Source: Alphaproteobacteria bacterium (GTDB lineage Bacteria; Pseudomonadota; Alphaproteobacteria; UBA828; JAPUJA01). Taken from it: 64,000 nucleotides of DNA. Each line of letters starts with the position of its first letter. The first letter of the stretch is position 1. Made by a program: the position numbers and the translations under genes. The DNA is taken from contig CBDFML010000009.1 of assembly GCA_965249645.1 (NCBI GenBank), positions 20,993-84,992 on the forward strand. Direction: 5' to 3'. A model generated the notes under the pieces. The model worked only from the letters and a program-made list of their open reading frames with translations. It was not told the origin of the DNA and did no database searches. Shown piece by piece: positions 1 through 9,454 of this stretch.

Positions 1-1
1 G

Positions 2-100
2 CCGCGCATCTGGGACCCCGAGACCCAGGCGCTGTTCGCCGCCGTGATGAGCTTCTGGTTCGGCAACCGCACGCTGTCCAAGCTCCGCGAGCGGCGCTGA
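2..100 (+). CDS. 3' end of holin-like phage membrane protein (partial, window edge)
   Basis: Translates as PRIWDPETQALFAAVMSFWFGNRTLSKLRERR*, identical to the C-terminus of 8313..8777, and sits in the same position before a lysozyme. Confidence 0.8.
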   Translation, partial: PRIWDPETQALFAAVMSFWFGNRTLSKLRERR

Positions 101-104
101 GGTC

Positions 105-545
105 ATGCGCCATCTCACAGACGACGGTCTCGCGCTGATCAAGCGCTTCGAGGGCTTCGCGCCCGAGATCTATATCTGCCCGGGCGGCTGGCCGACCATC
201 GGTTACGGTCACGTGGTGCGAGACGACGAGCGCGAGAGGTTCGCGAACGGCATCGACGAAGCGACGGCCGAGGAGCTGCTGCGCCGCGATGTCGAGGTCG
301 CCGAGCGCGCCGTGCTGCGACTCATCCGGGTGCCGCTCGCGGACGGCCGGTTCGATGCACTCTGCTCCTTCGCCTTCAACCTCGGCGCCGGTGCGCTGCA
401 GCGCTCGACATTGAGGCGGAAAGTGAACCGCGAGGAGCACGGAGCCGTGCCGGATGAGTTCCGACGCTGGGTCTGGGCCGGCGGCCGGAAGCTCAAGGGG
501 CTGATCCGGCGGCGGGAGGCGGAGGCGGAGCTGTACGCGGGTTAA
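105..545 (+). CDS. Phage lysozyme/endolysin, GH24 family (copy 1)
   Basis: IKRFEG..Y.CPGGWPTIGYGH with E-x8-C-x5-T catalytic pattern; FDAL.SFAFNLG; GLIRRREAE. Confidence 0.93.
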   Translation: MRHLTDDGLALIKRFEGFAPEIYICPGGWPTIGYGHVVRDDERERFANGIDEATAEELLRRDVEVAERAVLRLIRVPLADGRFDALCSFAFNLGAGALQRSTLRRKVNREEHGAVPDEFRRWVWAGGRKLKGLIRRREAEAELYAG

Positions 546-580
546 CCAGGTGTGGGTGCCCAACTCGGACCGCACGCAGA

Positions 581-1615
581 TCAGTTTGAACCGCCGGCTC
601 GTGTCTCGATACGTTGCAAGAGAGAGATGCCGAGCTCCTGTGCCTCCGCAATTTGCGCGGCGGTCATGCCTTGCCGGATAATGCCTTTGACTTTTTTGGC
701 CTGTTCACTTTCTTGCGCGGCTGCAAGATTAATCCAGGCAAAGGCTCGGACATAATCCTCCGGCACGCCCTCGCCTTTGGCGTACATGACACCGAGGTTG
801 TATTGGGCCTCGGCCCGCCCCTGCTCGGCGGCCTTGCGGTACCACTTCACGGCCTCGGCATCGTCCTCCGGTACGCCGTAGCCTTTGTCATACATGACAC
901 CGAGGTTGTATTGGGCCTCGGCCTGCCCCTGCTCGGCGGCCTTGCGGTACCACTTCACGGCCTCGGCATCGTCCTCCGGCACGCCCTCGCCTTTGGCGTA
1001 CTTGACACCGAGATTGTATTGGGCCTCGGCCTGCCCCTGCTCGGCGGCCTTGCGGTACCACTTCACGGCCTCGGCATCGTCCTCCGGTACGCCGTCGCCG
1101 GTGTCATACATGAGCCCGAGGTTGAACTGGGCGCGGGCGTAGCCCTGCTCGGCGGCCTTGCGGTACCACTTCACGACCTCGGCATCGTCCTCCGGCACGC
1201 CGTCGCCGGTGTCATACATGAGCCCGAGGTTGTGTTGGGCCTCGGCCTGCCCCTGCTCGGCGGCCTTGCGGTACCACTTCACGGCCTCGGCATCGTCCTC
1301 CGGCACGCCCTCGCCTTTGGCGTACTTGACACCGAGATTGTATTGGGCCTCGGCGTCTCCCTGCTCGGCGGCCTTGCGGTACCACGTCACGGCCGCAGCA
1401 TCGTCCTCCGGCACGCCGTCGCCGTTGGCGTACATGAGCCCGAGGTTGAACTGGGCCTCGGCGTGCTCCTGCTCGGCAAGCGGCAACCACTCTTTGAAAG
1501 CAGTTGCGTAGTCGCCCCTCTCATAAGCTTCCACACCCGCCAGAAAGTCGGCTGCGGCCACCGACGACCAGAGCAAGATCGGCACGATTAACAGCAGATT
1601 GACGATTGGTTTCAT
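581..1615 (-). CDS. Secreted Sel1-like repeat protein (7 full 36-aa repeats)
   Basis: Likely start ATG 1615 (MKPIVNLLLIVPILLWSSVAAA signal peptide); repeats AEAQYNLGxMYxxGxGVPEDDAEAVKWYRKAAEQG. The upstream ORF extension lies in an IS end. Confidence 0.93.
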   Translation of the reverse strand: MKPIVNLLLIVPILLWSSVAAADFLAGVEAYERGDYATAFKEWLPLAEQEHAEAQFNLGLMYANGDGVPEDDAAAVTWYRKAAEQGDAEAQYNLGVKYAKGEGVPEDDAEAVKWYRKAAEQGQAEAQHNLGLMYDTGDGVPEDDAEVVKWYRKAAEQGYARAQFNLGLMYDTGDGVPEDDAEAVKWYRKAAEQGQAEAQYNLGVKYAKGEGVPEDDAEAVKWYRKAAEQGQAEAQYNLGVMYDKGYGVPEDDAEAVKWYRKAAEQGRAEAQYNLGVMYAKGEGVPEDYVRAFAWINLAAAQESEQAKKVKGIIRQGMTAAQIAEAQELGISLLQRIETRAGGSN

Positions 1616-1637
1616 TACGTTGGTTGTCCCAAAAAAG

Positions 1638-1881
1638 CGGCCTGCCCCCATCAGGTGGTCCACGGCTTATGAGAGAGTTGGGCGCGCGGATTGAGTTGAA
1701 GGGCCGGCCGGAGCCCATCAACAGAGTAGGTCGGTTCTTCAACGTTGGGCAATACAGTTTCTGGTGCCGGTGGTTGATATCCGAGTGAGCTGTGCGATCG
1801 GAGGGGCTGATCCGCCGGCAAGCGGCGGAGGCAGCGCCAAACTCTAACTTAAGCGGTGGACCACTTAATGGGGGCAGGCCA
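1638..1881. mobile_element. 244-bp element made of two opposed IS3-family right ends (MITE-like remnant)
   Basis: About 48-bp imperfect inverted repeats (CGGCCTGCCCCCATCAGGTGGTCCACGGCTT.. and ..AAGCGGTGGACCACTTAATGGGGGCAGGCCA); the minus strand encodes the IS3 OrfB tail HSSLGYQPPAPE. Confidence 0.75.
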
Positions 1882-1915
1882 TTATGATTCTTATGAAAGC
1901 TGGGATGAGAAGCCT

Positions 1916-2800
1916 ATGATCACTAGTCCGCGCCGATGGGGCATCCTTGACGATTACGGACCGCTCAAGAACGTGCTCCTGGGTACGCCTAAATTCTACC
2001 GTTGGATCGATGCCGGTCCAATCACCATGCGGACGCTGAACAATCAGGAACACACGGGCGTCGAATTCAACCTCCAGACGGCCATGTCGCAGCACGCCGA
2101 GATGGTTTCGATCTACGAGTCTAACGGTGTCACCTGCCATTATCTGGATGCCGATGAGACCCTGCATCGCAATTTCTTCGCCCGCGATTCGAGCGCCATG
2201 AGCCCCTGGGGTGCGCTTATATGCCATATGCAACTCAAGAGCCGGCGTGCCGACTACGTGACCGCCATCCGCTTCTATCAGAGCAACGACATCCCGATTT
2301 GGCGCTACGCCACTGCTGGTCACTTCGAGGGCGGCGATTTCAACATCCTGGAGCCGGGCTTTGTACTGATCGGCTACAGCGGCGAACGTTCCGAACGCGA
2401 GGGCTCAGAACAGGTGGCGGCGTGGGTGCGGGAGCAGGGATGGGAGGCAGTGGTGGCACCCATCTCGCGGGAGTTCGTGCACATGGACGGCCTGGTGGTG
2501 CCGCTTGCGCCGAAGCTGCTCGTGGCCTGCGTCGGCGCGCTGGAGGATTGGTTGGTGACGCTGCTTCGCGGGCGCGGCTTCGATTTCGTCGAGGTCGGCT
2601 ATGCGGAAGCTAAGAACCTCGGTGTCAACCTCGTGGCGCTCGGCAACGACCGCGTGCTCTCGATGCGCGGGGCGAAGGACTTGAACGCGCGCATGCGCGC
2701 CTTGGGGTTCGAAGTGTACGATCCGGACATGTCGATGTTCACCCTGGGCGGCGGCGGCGTCCATTGCCTGTGTCAGGCACTTTACCGGGAAGAGGTATAG
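1916..2800 (+). CDS. Amidinotransferase / dimethylarginine dimethylaminohydrolase / arginine deiminase family protein
   Basis: FARD, HFEGGD, HMDG and GGGVHCL (catalytic Cys) motifs; start placed at ATG 1916 because upstream codons lie in the IS end. Confidence 0.88.
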   Translation: MITSPRRWGILDDYGPLKNVLLGTPKFYRWIDAGPITMRTLNNQEHTGVEFNLQTAMSQHAEMVSIYESNGVTCHYLDADETLHRNFFARDSSAMSPWGALICHMQLKSRRADYVTAIRFYQSNDIPIWRYATAGHFEGGDFNILEPGFVLIGYSGERSEREGSEQVAAWVREQGWEAVVAPISREFVHMDGLVVPLAPKLLVACVGALEDWLVTLLRGRGFDFVEVGYAEAKNLGVNLVALGNDRVLSMRGAKDLNARMRALGFEVYDPDMSMFTLGGGGVHCLCQALYREEV

Positions 2801-3120
2801 ACGAATTGAGGAACAGCCGCAGGACAAGGGCGTGGGCGGCCGGTGCCGGCAGCGCCCGTTCTTGAAAGATGGCGAAGATCGTGCGATGCGCTGCCGTCGC
2901 TAGCTCGCATTGCAATGGCGAGCGAGGGTCCGTTCGAAAAAAAGAGAGGGCGATGCCGGGGCATCGCCCATCTCACACAGCCTCACCTAAGCACCGATTA
3001 GACCCGTCGCTACGAACGCTTTTTCCCGCACGAACCGTCCACAACGGTTCGGAGAACATGAGCACCGGCGTCGTAGCGACTACCGGTGCCCTACTGCATC
3101 CAGAAACCGCATCTGTGCGT

Positions 3121-3531
3121 TCAATCCCGGGTCCATCGGTAGCGAACCTTGAGGCCATTGAGGTGGGTCCAGGGAACGAGACCGGCATGCTGGAGCATCC
3201 CGACGACGATACCCGGCGCGACCCCCTGCTCGTCGGCAAAGGCGCAGACCTCCGCCTTGCTTTGTGGCGATTTTGCGACGAACCTCTCCCAATCCGCGCG
3301 TGCGACGAGGGCGTTGACAGCCCAATCATTCGCTTCGCTCTCGAGATCGGCACCTCCATCATTGGCTCCCTCTACGAAGATAAATTTCTTGCTGTGAAGC
3401 AGGAGGTGTGCCGCCTCGTGAAAAAAGCTGAACCAGAGATGATCGTCCGACTTGTGACGTGCGCTCAACTGGATCACGGCTTTTCGAGGTGAAAGCCACC
3501 AAGCAGCACCGCTCAGCGCGGTCTTTGGCAG
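3121..3531 (-). pseudogene. C-terminal fragment of ImmA/IrrE-type metallopeptidase (HigA-ImmA-like), cut by IS3
   Basis: SGAAWW..IQLSARHKSDDHLWFSFFHEAAH (HExxH)..ESEANDWA; the frame runs up to the IS3 left end at 3532. Confidence 0.8.
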
Positions 3532-3597
3532 TGTCCTGCCCCCTTATAACTGTGCCACGTAATTCGTGATTTTCTACGAAGCTGTGGAGGTATTGGG

Positions 3598-3885
3598 ATG
3601 GCAAGGAAGCGATATAGCGATGAGGATGTATTGAATTTGCTGCGTCAGATTGAGCTCAGTGTGGCGTCTGGCAGCAGTGTAGAGACGGCCTGCCGCTCAG
3701 CCGGCATCAGCGATGCGACATATTACAATTGGCGCAAGAAGTACGGCGGGATGGGCAAGTCACAGCTTCAGGAGCTCAAGGGCCTTGAGAAGGAGAACAC
3801 CCGCCTCAAGAGAATTGTTGCGGATCTTGAACTGGACAAGCTGATCCTCAAGGAGAGCCTCGATTACCTAAAGCCGAAGGTCTGA
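3598..3885 (+). CDS. IS3-family transposase OrfA
   Basis: HTH ..ACRSAGISDATYYNWRKKYGG..LEKENTRLKRIVADLELDK. Confidence 0.92.
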   Translation: MARKRYSDEDVLNLLRQIELSVASGSSVETACRSAGISDATYYNWRKKYGGMGKSQLQELKGLEKENTRLKRIVADLELDKLILKESLDYLKPKV

Positions 3886-4084
3886 CGATTGCCGATCTGC
3901 GTCAGGCTGTAGTCCATGTGCGTCAGAAGCTCGGGCCATCCGAGCGGCGGGCTTGCAGAACGATCGGCGTGGCACGCTCCACACAGCGCTATGAGGCATC
4001 CCCAGGAGATGATGACAGCCTTCGGCTGGCTGTGGTCAGACTGGCAAAGCACTATGGCCGCTATGGCTACAGGAAGATCGCCGA

Positions 4085-5465
4085 GAGCTATTGTCAAAAG
4101 TTGGTGACGCAGGTTTCAGGCGGCGCGTTCGGTTAGCTTTTCTCCGTCCTTGAATTTGACGCCTTGAATGATGTCGGCGATCTGGTGCGAGCCGTCCAGG
4201 CGGCGCCACTTCTTGCTGGCCGACTGGCACAGCTTGAAGACCATGGTGAGCGCCGTCATGCGGCTGAGGCAGCCCTTGGTCTTGGTGGTCCTGAGGCGCA
4301 CGGTCGCAAAGGTGCTTTCGATGGGATTGGTGGTGCGAATGTGCTTCCAGTGCTCGGCCGGGAAGTCGTAGAAGGCGAGCAACACGTCGCGGTCCTTGGC
4401 CAGGCAGGCCACCGCTTTGTCGTACTTGGGGCCATAGGCCTCGAGGAAGAAGTCGAAGGCCTTCTCGGCCACCGCGCGGGTCTCGGCCATCCAGATGTCC
4501 TGTAGGTGCTGCTTGGCGCGTGGCTGGACGGACTTCGGGAGCTTGTTGAGCACGTTGGCGGTCTTGTGCACCCAACAGCGCTGCTCGCGCGTCGTCCCGT
4601 AGACCTCGCGCAAGGCTTTCCAGAAACCGAGCGCCCCGTCGCCGGTGGCCAGCTCGGGCGCAATCGCCAGGCCGCGGCGCTTGAGATCGAGCAGCACTTC
4701 GCGCCAGGACTGGGCGCTCTCCCGGTAGCCGTCGGCGATCGCCAGCAGCTCCTTGCGGCCCAGCTCGTCGGCACCGATGATCACGCACATGCATTGCTTG
4801 TCATGGTCGAGCCGTGGTGAGAAGTAGATGCCGTCGGCCCAGAAGTAGACATAACGCTTGGCCGAGAGATCGCGCCGTTGCCAATGCTCCAGCTCGCCTT
4901 GCCAGACCTCCTTGAGGCGGGCAATGGTCGAGGCCGAGAGCCCCGGCGCCTCGGGCCCCAAGAGCGCCGCAAGCGCCTCGCAGAAATCGCCCGTGGAGAT
5001 GCCCTTCAGATAAAGCCAGGGCAGGAGTTCCTCGATCGACTTGGCGCGCCTGAGATAGGGAGGCAAGATCCGTGAGGTGAAGCGAATCCGCGGCCCCGTC
5101 TCGCCGGCGCCTCGGTCACGCACCCTGGGACAGCGCACCGCAACCGGACCAATGCCGGTCTGGATCTCGCGCTCCGGCAAATGCCCGTGGCGTACGATCC
5201 GACGGCGGCCGGCCGAGCCCGTCAGATGCGCATACGCCTCGACAAAACCGGCAACTTCCGCCTCCACCGCTTGCCCAAGTAAACGCCGCGCACCAAGACG
5301 CAAAACCTCCGTCAGCGGATCGTCCTCAAATGATCCTGGTTGGCGAAGCTGGACGACTGTATCCTCTCTCATGGCGTATCCCTCCTTCGTGGAAAATGGC
5401 GACTCCAACATCGCCAGGATACGCCGCCCTCATCTCATCCCATCACCAACTTTCGGGTATAGCTC
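4085..5465 (-). mobile_element. IS256-family element with 9-bp target-site duplication
   Basis: IRs GAGCTATTGTCAAAAGTTGGTGA and TCACCAACTTTCGGGTATAGCTC; TSD GATCGCCGA at 4076-4084 and 5466-5474. Confidence 0.95.
4116..5372 (-). CDS. IS256-family transposase
   Basis: YFWADG, GDGALGFW, QRCWVHK and RTTNPIES motifs; intact ORF, start at MREDTVV. Confidence 0.95.
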   Translation of the reverse strand: MREDTVVQLRQPGSFEDDPLTEVLRLGARRLLGQAVEAEVAGFVEAYAHLTGSAGRRRIVRHGHLPEREIQTGIGPVAVRCPRVRDRGAGETGPRIRFTSRILPPYLRRAKSIEELLPWLYLKGISTGDFCEALAALLGPEAPGLSASTIARLKEVWQGELEHWQRRDLSAKRYVYFWADGIYFSPRLDHDKQCMCVIIGADELGRKELLAIADGYRESAQSWREVLLDLKRRGLAIAPELATGDGALGFWKALREVYGTTREQRCWVHKTANVLNKLPKSVQPRAKQHLQDIWMAETRAVAEKAFDFFLEAYGPKYDKAVACLAKDRDVLLAFYDFPAEHWKHIRTTNPIESTFATVRLRTTKTKGCLSRMTALTMVFKLCQSASKKWRRLDGSHQIADIIQGVKFKDGEKLTERAA

Positions 5466-6121
5466 GATCGCCGAGCTGCTTCGCATTGAAGGCTGGGAAG
5501 TCAATCACAAGAAGGTAGAACGGCTCTGGAGGGAAGAGGGTCTCCAGATACCGCAGCGTCACAGGAAGCGGAAGCGTCTCTATCACAAGGACAGCTCCGT
5601 CATCCGGCTGCGCCCCAGGTATCAGAACCATATCTGGAGTATAGACTTCGTCCACGACAAGCTGGCCAGCGGCCGGCCTTACAAGATGTTGACCGTGCTG
5701 GATGAGTACACCCGTGAAGCCCTGTGCGTGGCCGTGAAGCCCCGAATGGGCAATGCGGAGGTTCTCGAAGCTCTCTATCCGCTCTTCCTGAAACGCGGCA
5801 GGCCAGAGTTTATCAGGTCAGACAATGGTCCTGAGTTCATCGCACAGAACTTCCAGGCCTGGCTTATCAGGGTCGGGATCAAGCCCATCCGTATCTATCC
5901 GGGGAGCCCCTGGGAAAACGGTTACAACGAGCGCTTCAACGGCACCCTGCGCAGGGAAGTTCTCAATGCTGAGTGGTTCACTTCAATCAGACAGGCTCAA
6001 ATCGTCATCGAAGCCTGGCTCAAACAGTACAATCACATCCGCCCGCATCAGTCTCTGAACATGCGTCCACCCGCGCCCGAGACTCTATCAGGAACTGGTA
6101 CATAGAATTGGGGCTTTACAG

Positions 6122-7846
6122 GCCGAGTACGCGGACAACGATCAGTACCTGCATCAGCTGCACTGCATCGGCCAGGGCGAGCACGAGGTCGAGCAGATCC
6201 GCATCGAGGATACGCCGATCGCCTCCTTCGAGGAGATCGAGACCGAGTTGGTGCCACCCGGCGGCGCCGTCAGCCTGTTCGAGGCCGACGTGGTGACAGC
6301 ACCCGAGATCGCCGGCCAGGAGTTGATTGGCGCCAACGACCGCGAAGAGGGCGACGACGGCTGGATCGGTCCCTTCACGGCCAACCCGGCCGGCACCCGT
6401 GCGACGGAGATCGGCATCGACGTGGTGATGCCGCGCGGGCTCTATTACGCCACCGCCAGCGGCAGCTTCAGTGCCCGTACCATCGAATGGGCAGTCGAGG
6501 CCCGCGCCATCGACGATGAGGGTGAGGCCGCCGGCGGCTGGTTGGCGCTTGCCTCGGAGAGCGTGACCGCGGCCGAGAACACGCCGCAGCGCAAGAGCTA
6601 TCGCTACACGGTGACGAGCGGCCGCTACGAGGTGAGGGCCCGGCGCACCAACGACAAGAGCGGCGATGCCCGCGCCGGCCATGTCGTCCACTGGGGCGGG
6701 CTCAAGGCGTATCTAGACGATCCGCCCGCGTTCGGCGACGTGACCCTGCTCGCGGTGCGGATGCGCGCCACCGACAATCTCTCCCAGCGCTCGGCGCGCA
6801 TGATCAATTGCATTGTCACCCGCAAGCTGCCGGTCTGGGATCCCGCGGCCGGCTGGTCCGGGCCTCGGGCCACGCGCTCGCTCGCCTCGGCCTTCGCCGA
6901 CGCCGCCAGGTCACGCTACGGCGCCGGGCTCGACGACGCCCGCATCGATCTCGCGGCGCTCCATGTGCTCGACGCCGTCTGGCAATCGCGCGGCGACCGC
7001 TTCGATGCCGTGTTCGACCAAAGCCTCACGGTCTGGGAAGCGCTCACCCGCATCGCCCGCTGCGGCCGCGCGCTGCCCTTCCTGCAGGGCGGGATACTGC
7101 GGATCGCCCGCGATGCGCCGCGCACTCTTCCCGTGGCGCTGTTCGGGCCGCGCAACATCGTCAGGGGCAGTTTCCGCGTCCAGTACGTCATGCCCGGCGA
7201 GGACACCGCCGATGCGGTGACGGTGACCTATTTCTCGGAACGCACCTGGACCCCGGACGAAGTCGTCGCGTCGCTACCGGACAGCGCCACCGAAGCCGCC
7301 GACAAGCCCGCCACGGTCGATCTGTTCGGCTGCACCGGCCCGGAACAGGCCATGCGCGAGGGCCTCTACATGGCCGCCGCCAACCGCTACCGCCGGCGTA
7401 TCGTCACTTTCCGCACCGAGTTCGAAGGGCTGATCCCGACCTACGGCGATCTCATCGCCATCACCCACGACCTGCCGCGCTGGGGCCAGGGCGGCGAGGT
7501 GACGGCCGTCGACGACCGCACGCTGACCCTGAGCGAACCGCTGGAATGGAACGAGGACACGGCGGAGCGTGCGCATTACCTCGCTCTTCGCCGGCGCGAC
7601 GGTGGCTTGAGCGGGCCCTGGCCGGTGACGCCGGGCGGCGATGCGCGGACCGTCGTGCTGGACGACGATCTAGACCTCGAGCCCTATACCGGCGCCGACG
7701 AGGAACGCACCCACTTCGCCTTCGGCGCCGGCGAGGCATGGGGCCTGCGGGCGCGCGTGCTGGCCGTGCGGCCGCGCGGCGAGCAGGTCGAGATCACCGC
7801 CGTCGGCGAGGACGCCCGCGTGCATACGGCTGACCTGGCCACCTGA
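6122..7846 (+). pseudogene. Phage tail-tip / host-specificity (J-like) protein, 5'-truncated by IS3
   Basis: Open frame begins at the IS3 right end (AEYADNDQYLHQLHCIGQG..); DVTLLAVRMRATDNLS, ALTRIARCGR and YGDLIAITHD are typical of tail-tip proteins; lies upstream of lysis genes. Confidence 0.8.
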
Positions 7847-7935
7847 CCGTCAACCGACCGTAGAGAACGCGCCGTGACGGTCCGTTCTCCGGGACGGGCG
7901 GTTCGCTGCGGCGTTGCAGCATCGGAGACCCACAA

Positions 7936-8160
7936 GTGACCGAAACCCATCTCATCGAGATCGAGCGGGTGCGCTCGGAGGCGGCGCGGCATCTCGCGGA
8001 GCATGAGATCGCCTGCGAGCGGCGCTACGGCGAGCTCCAGGCGCAGCTCACCAAGATCGAGGCGCTCCACAACCGCAACACGCGCCTCCTCTACATCCTG
8101 CTCGGCGGCATGCTCGCCGTCGCCACACGCGCGTTCTGGCCGGCCCTCTTCGGCGGCTGA
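7936..8160 (+). CDS. Small phage protein with coiled coil and C-terminal TM helix
   Basis: RBS GGAG before GTG; HEIACERRY; hydrophobic LLYILLGGMLAVA; located between tail and lysis genes. Confidence 0.6.
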   Translation: MTETHLIEIERVRSEAARHLAEHEIACERRYGELQAQLTKIEALHNRNTRLLYILLGGMLAVATRAFWPALFGG

Positions 8161-8312
8161 CGCCGCTCTGACATCAGGCGTGGCCGCCCAGCGCCGCACC
8201 ACCCCCCTCACACACCGATCCACACCGACCGGACCGTCGTCCGCACGGACCCCATCGTGCTCGCGCTGATGGCCGCGCTCGTTCCGACCTTCAAACCAAC
8301 CGGAGATCAACG

Positions 8313-8777
8313 ATGCTGACCCTTCTCGGCAGCCTGCTGGGATTCGCCACCAGCGCCATTCCCGACATCATGGCCCTGTTCCGCGAGCGCGCGGACCGCG
8401 CGCACGAACTCGCCGTGCTCGACCGCCAGATGGAGCAGATGCGGCTCGGCCACAACCAGCGCCTCGAGGAAATCGAGGTCAACGCCGACATCGCCGAGAG
8501 CCAGGCGCTCTACAAGCACGATGCAGCGCTGGGCGGCAGCAGCCGATGGATGGATGGACTGAGGGCCTCGGTACGCCCGCTCATCACCTACGCCTTCTTC
8601 ATCCTGTTCGCGGCCGTGAAGGGCTCCGGCCTCTATCTGCTGATGGCGGTCGAGGACCTGCTCATCGCCGAGGCCCTGCCGCGTATCTGGGACCCCGAGA
8701 CCCAGGCGCTGTTCGCTGCCGTCATGAGCTTCTGGTTCGGCAATCGGACGCTGTCCAAGCTTCGGGAGCGGCGCTGA
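8313..8777 (+). CDS. Holin-like phage membrane protein
   Basis: N-terminal hydrophobic segment, RASVRPLITY.F, C-terminal SFWFGNR; directly upstream of lysozyme. Confidence 0.7.
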   Translation: MLTLLGSLLGFATSAIPDIMALFRERADRAHELAVLDRQMEQMRLGHNQRLEEIEVNADIAESQALYKHDAALGGSSRWMDGLRASVRPLITYAFFILFAAVKGSGLYLLMAVEDLLIAEALPRIWDPETQALFAAVMSFWFGNRTLSKLRERR

Positions 8778-8781
8778 GGCC

Positions 8782-9231
8782 ATGCGCCATCTCACTGACG
8801 AGGGCCTCGCCCTAATCAAGCGCTTCGAGGGGTTTGAGCCCGAGATCTATGTCTGCCCGGGCGGCTGGCTCACCATCGGCTACGGCCATGTCGTGCGCGA
8901 CGAAGAGCAGGACCGGTTCGTCGGCGGCATCGGCGAGACGGAAGCCGAGGGCCTGCTGCGCCGCGACGTCGAGACCGCCGAGCGCGCTGTCCTGCGTCTA
9001 ATCCGAGTGCCGCTCGAGGACGGCCGGTTTGACGCGCTCGGTTCGTTCGCCTTCAACCTCGGCGCCGGCGCGCTGCAGCGCTCGACGCTACGGCACAAGG
9101 TCAACCGGGAGGAGCACGGCGTCGTGCCCGCCGAGTTCAGGCGCTGGGTGTGGGCCGGTGGGCGCAAGCTCAAGGGGCTGGTGCGGCGGCGCGAGACGGA
9201 GGGCGCGCTCTATGCGGAAGGCCCACATTAG
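8782..9231 (+). CDS. Phage lysozyme/endolysin, GH24 family (copy 2)
   Basis: Close paralog of 105..545 with the same E-x8-C-x5-T motif. Confidence 0.93.
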   Translation: MRHLTDEGLALIKRFEGFEPEIYVCPGGWLTIGYGHVVRDEEQDRFVGGIGETEAEGLLRRDVETAERAVLRLIRVPLEDGRFDALGSFAFNLGAGALQRSTLRHKVNREEHGVVPAEFRRWVWAGGRKLKGLVRRRETEGALYAEGPH

Positions 9232-9338
9232 ACGAGTCCGGTTCGCAGGTACCAAGGCGTCGCCTTCAAACCGAGAGCTTCGCGAACTTTCCTTGGGCTG
9301 GGTCCAGCGCGACTCGAGCCGCGCGGCACGCCCAAGAT

Positions 9339-9407
9339 TGCAACAAAAACCCATATTCTGCAACAAAACTCCTTTAGAGGAAACGTTTTGCCATTGCCAT
9401 GCAACAA
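9339..9407 (+). promoter_or_regulatory. Direct-repeat array TGCAACAA(AA) upstream of the AAA ATPase; putative operator
   Basis: Copies at 9339, 9359 (20-bp spacing) and 9400 in an AT-rich spacer. Confidence 0.45.
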
Positions 9408-9454
9408 TTAGCGGTGTATGAGCAACCAGAGAGTCTTCTCCCATGGGAGCCAGG

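Larger units (their letters stand above)
3918..6105 (+). pseudogene. IS3-family transposase OrfB split by IS256
   Basis: Removing IS256 rejoins YGRYGYRKIA|ELLRIEGW; DDE motifs WSIDF, SDNGPEF, ENGYNERFN; RPHQSL. Confidence 0.9.
3532..6120 (+). mobile_element. IS3-family element interrupted by IS256
   Basis: Ends TGTCCTGCCCCC.. and ..GGGGCTTTACA; orfA plus split orfB; no flanking target duplication. Confidence 0.9.

Noticed and set aside
780-1470. Regular DNA repeats as a CRISPR array
   Set aside because: They are 108-bp in-frame coding Sel1 repeats without unique spacers, and no cas genes are present.
1616-1915. Shared N-terminus MDHLMGAG in two divergent ORFs as a common leader peptide
   Set aside because: It is a translation of IS3 inverted repeats; the real starts are downstream.
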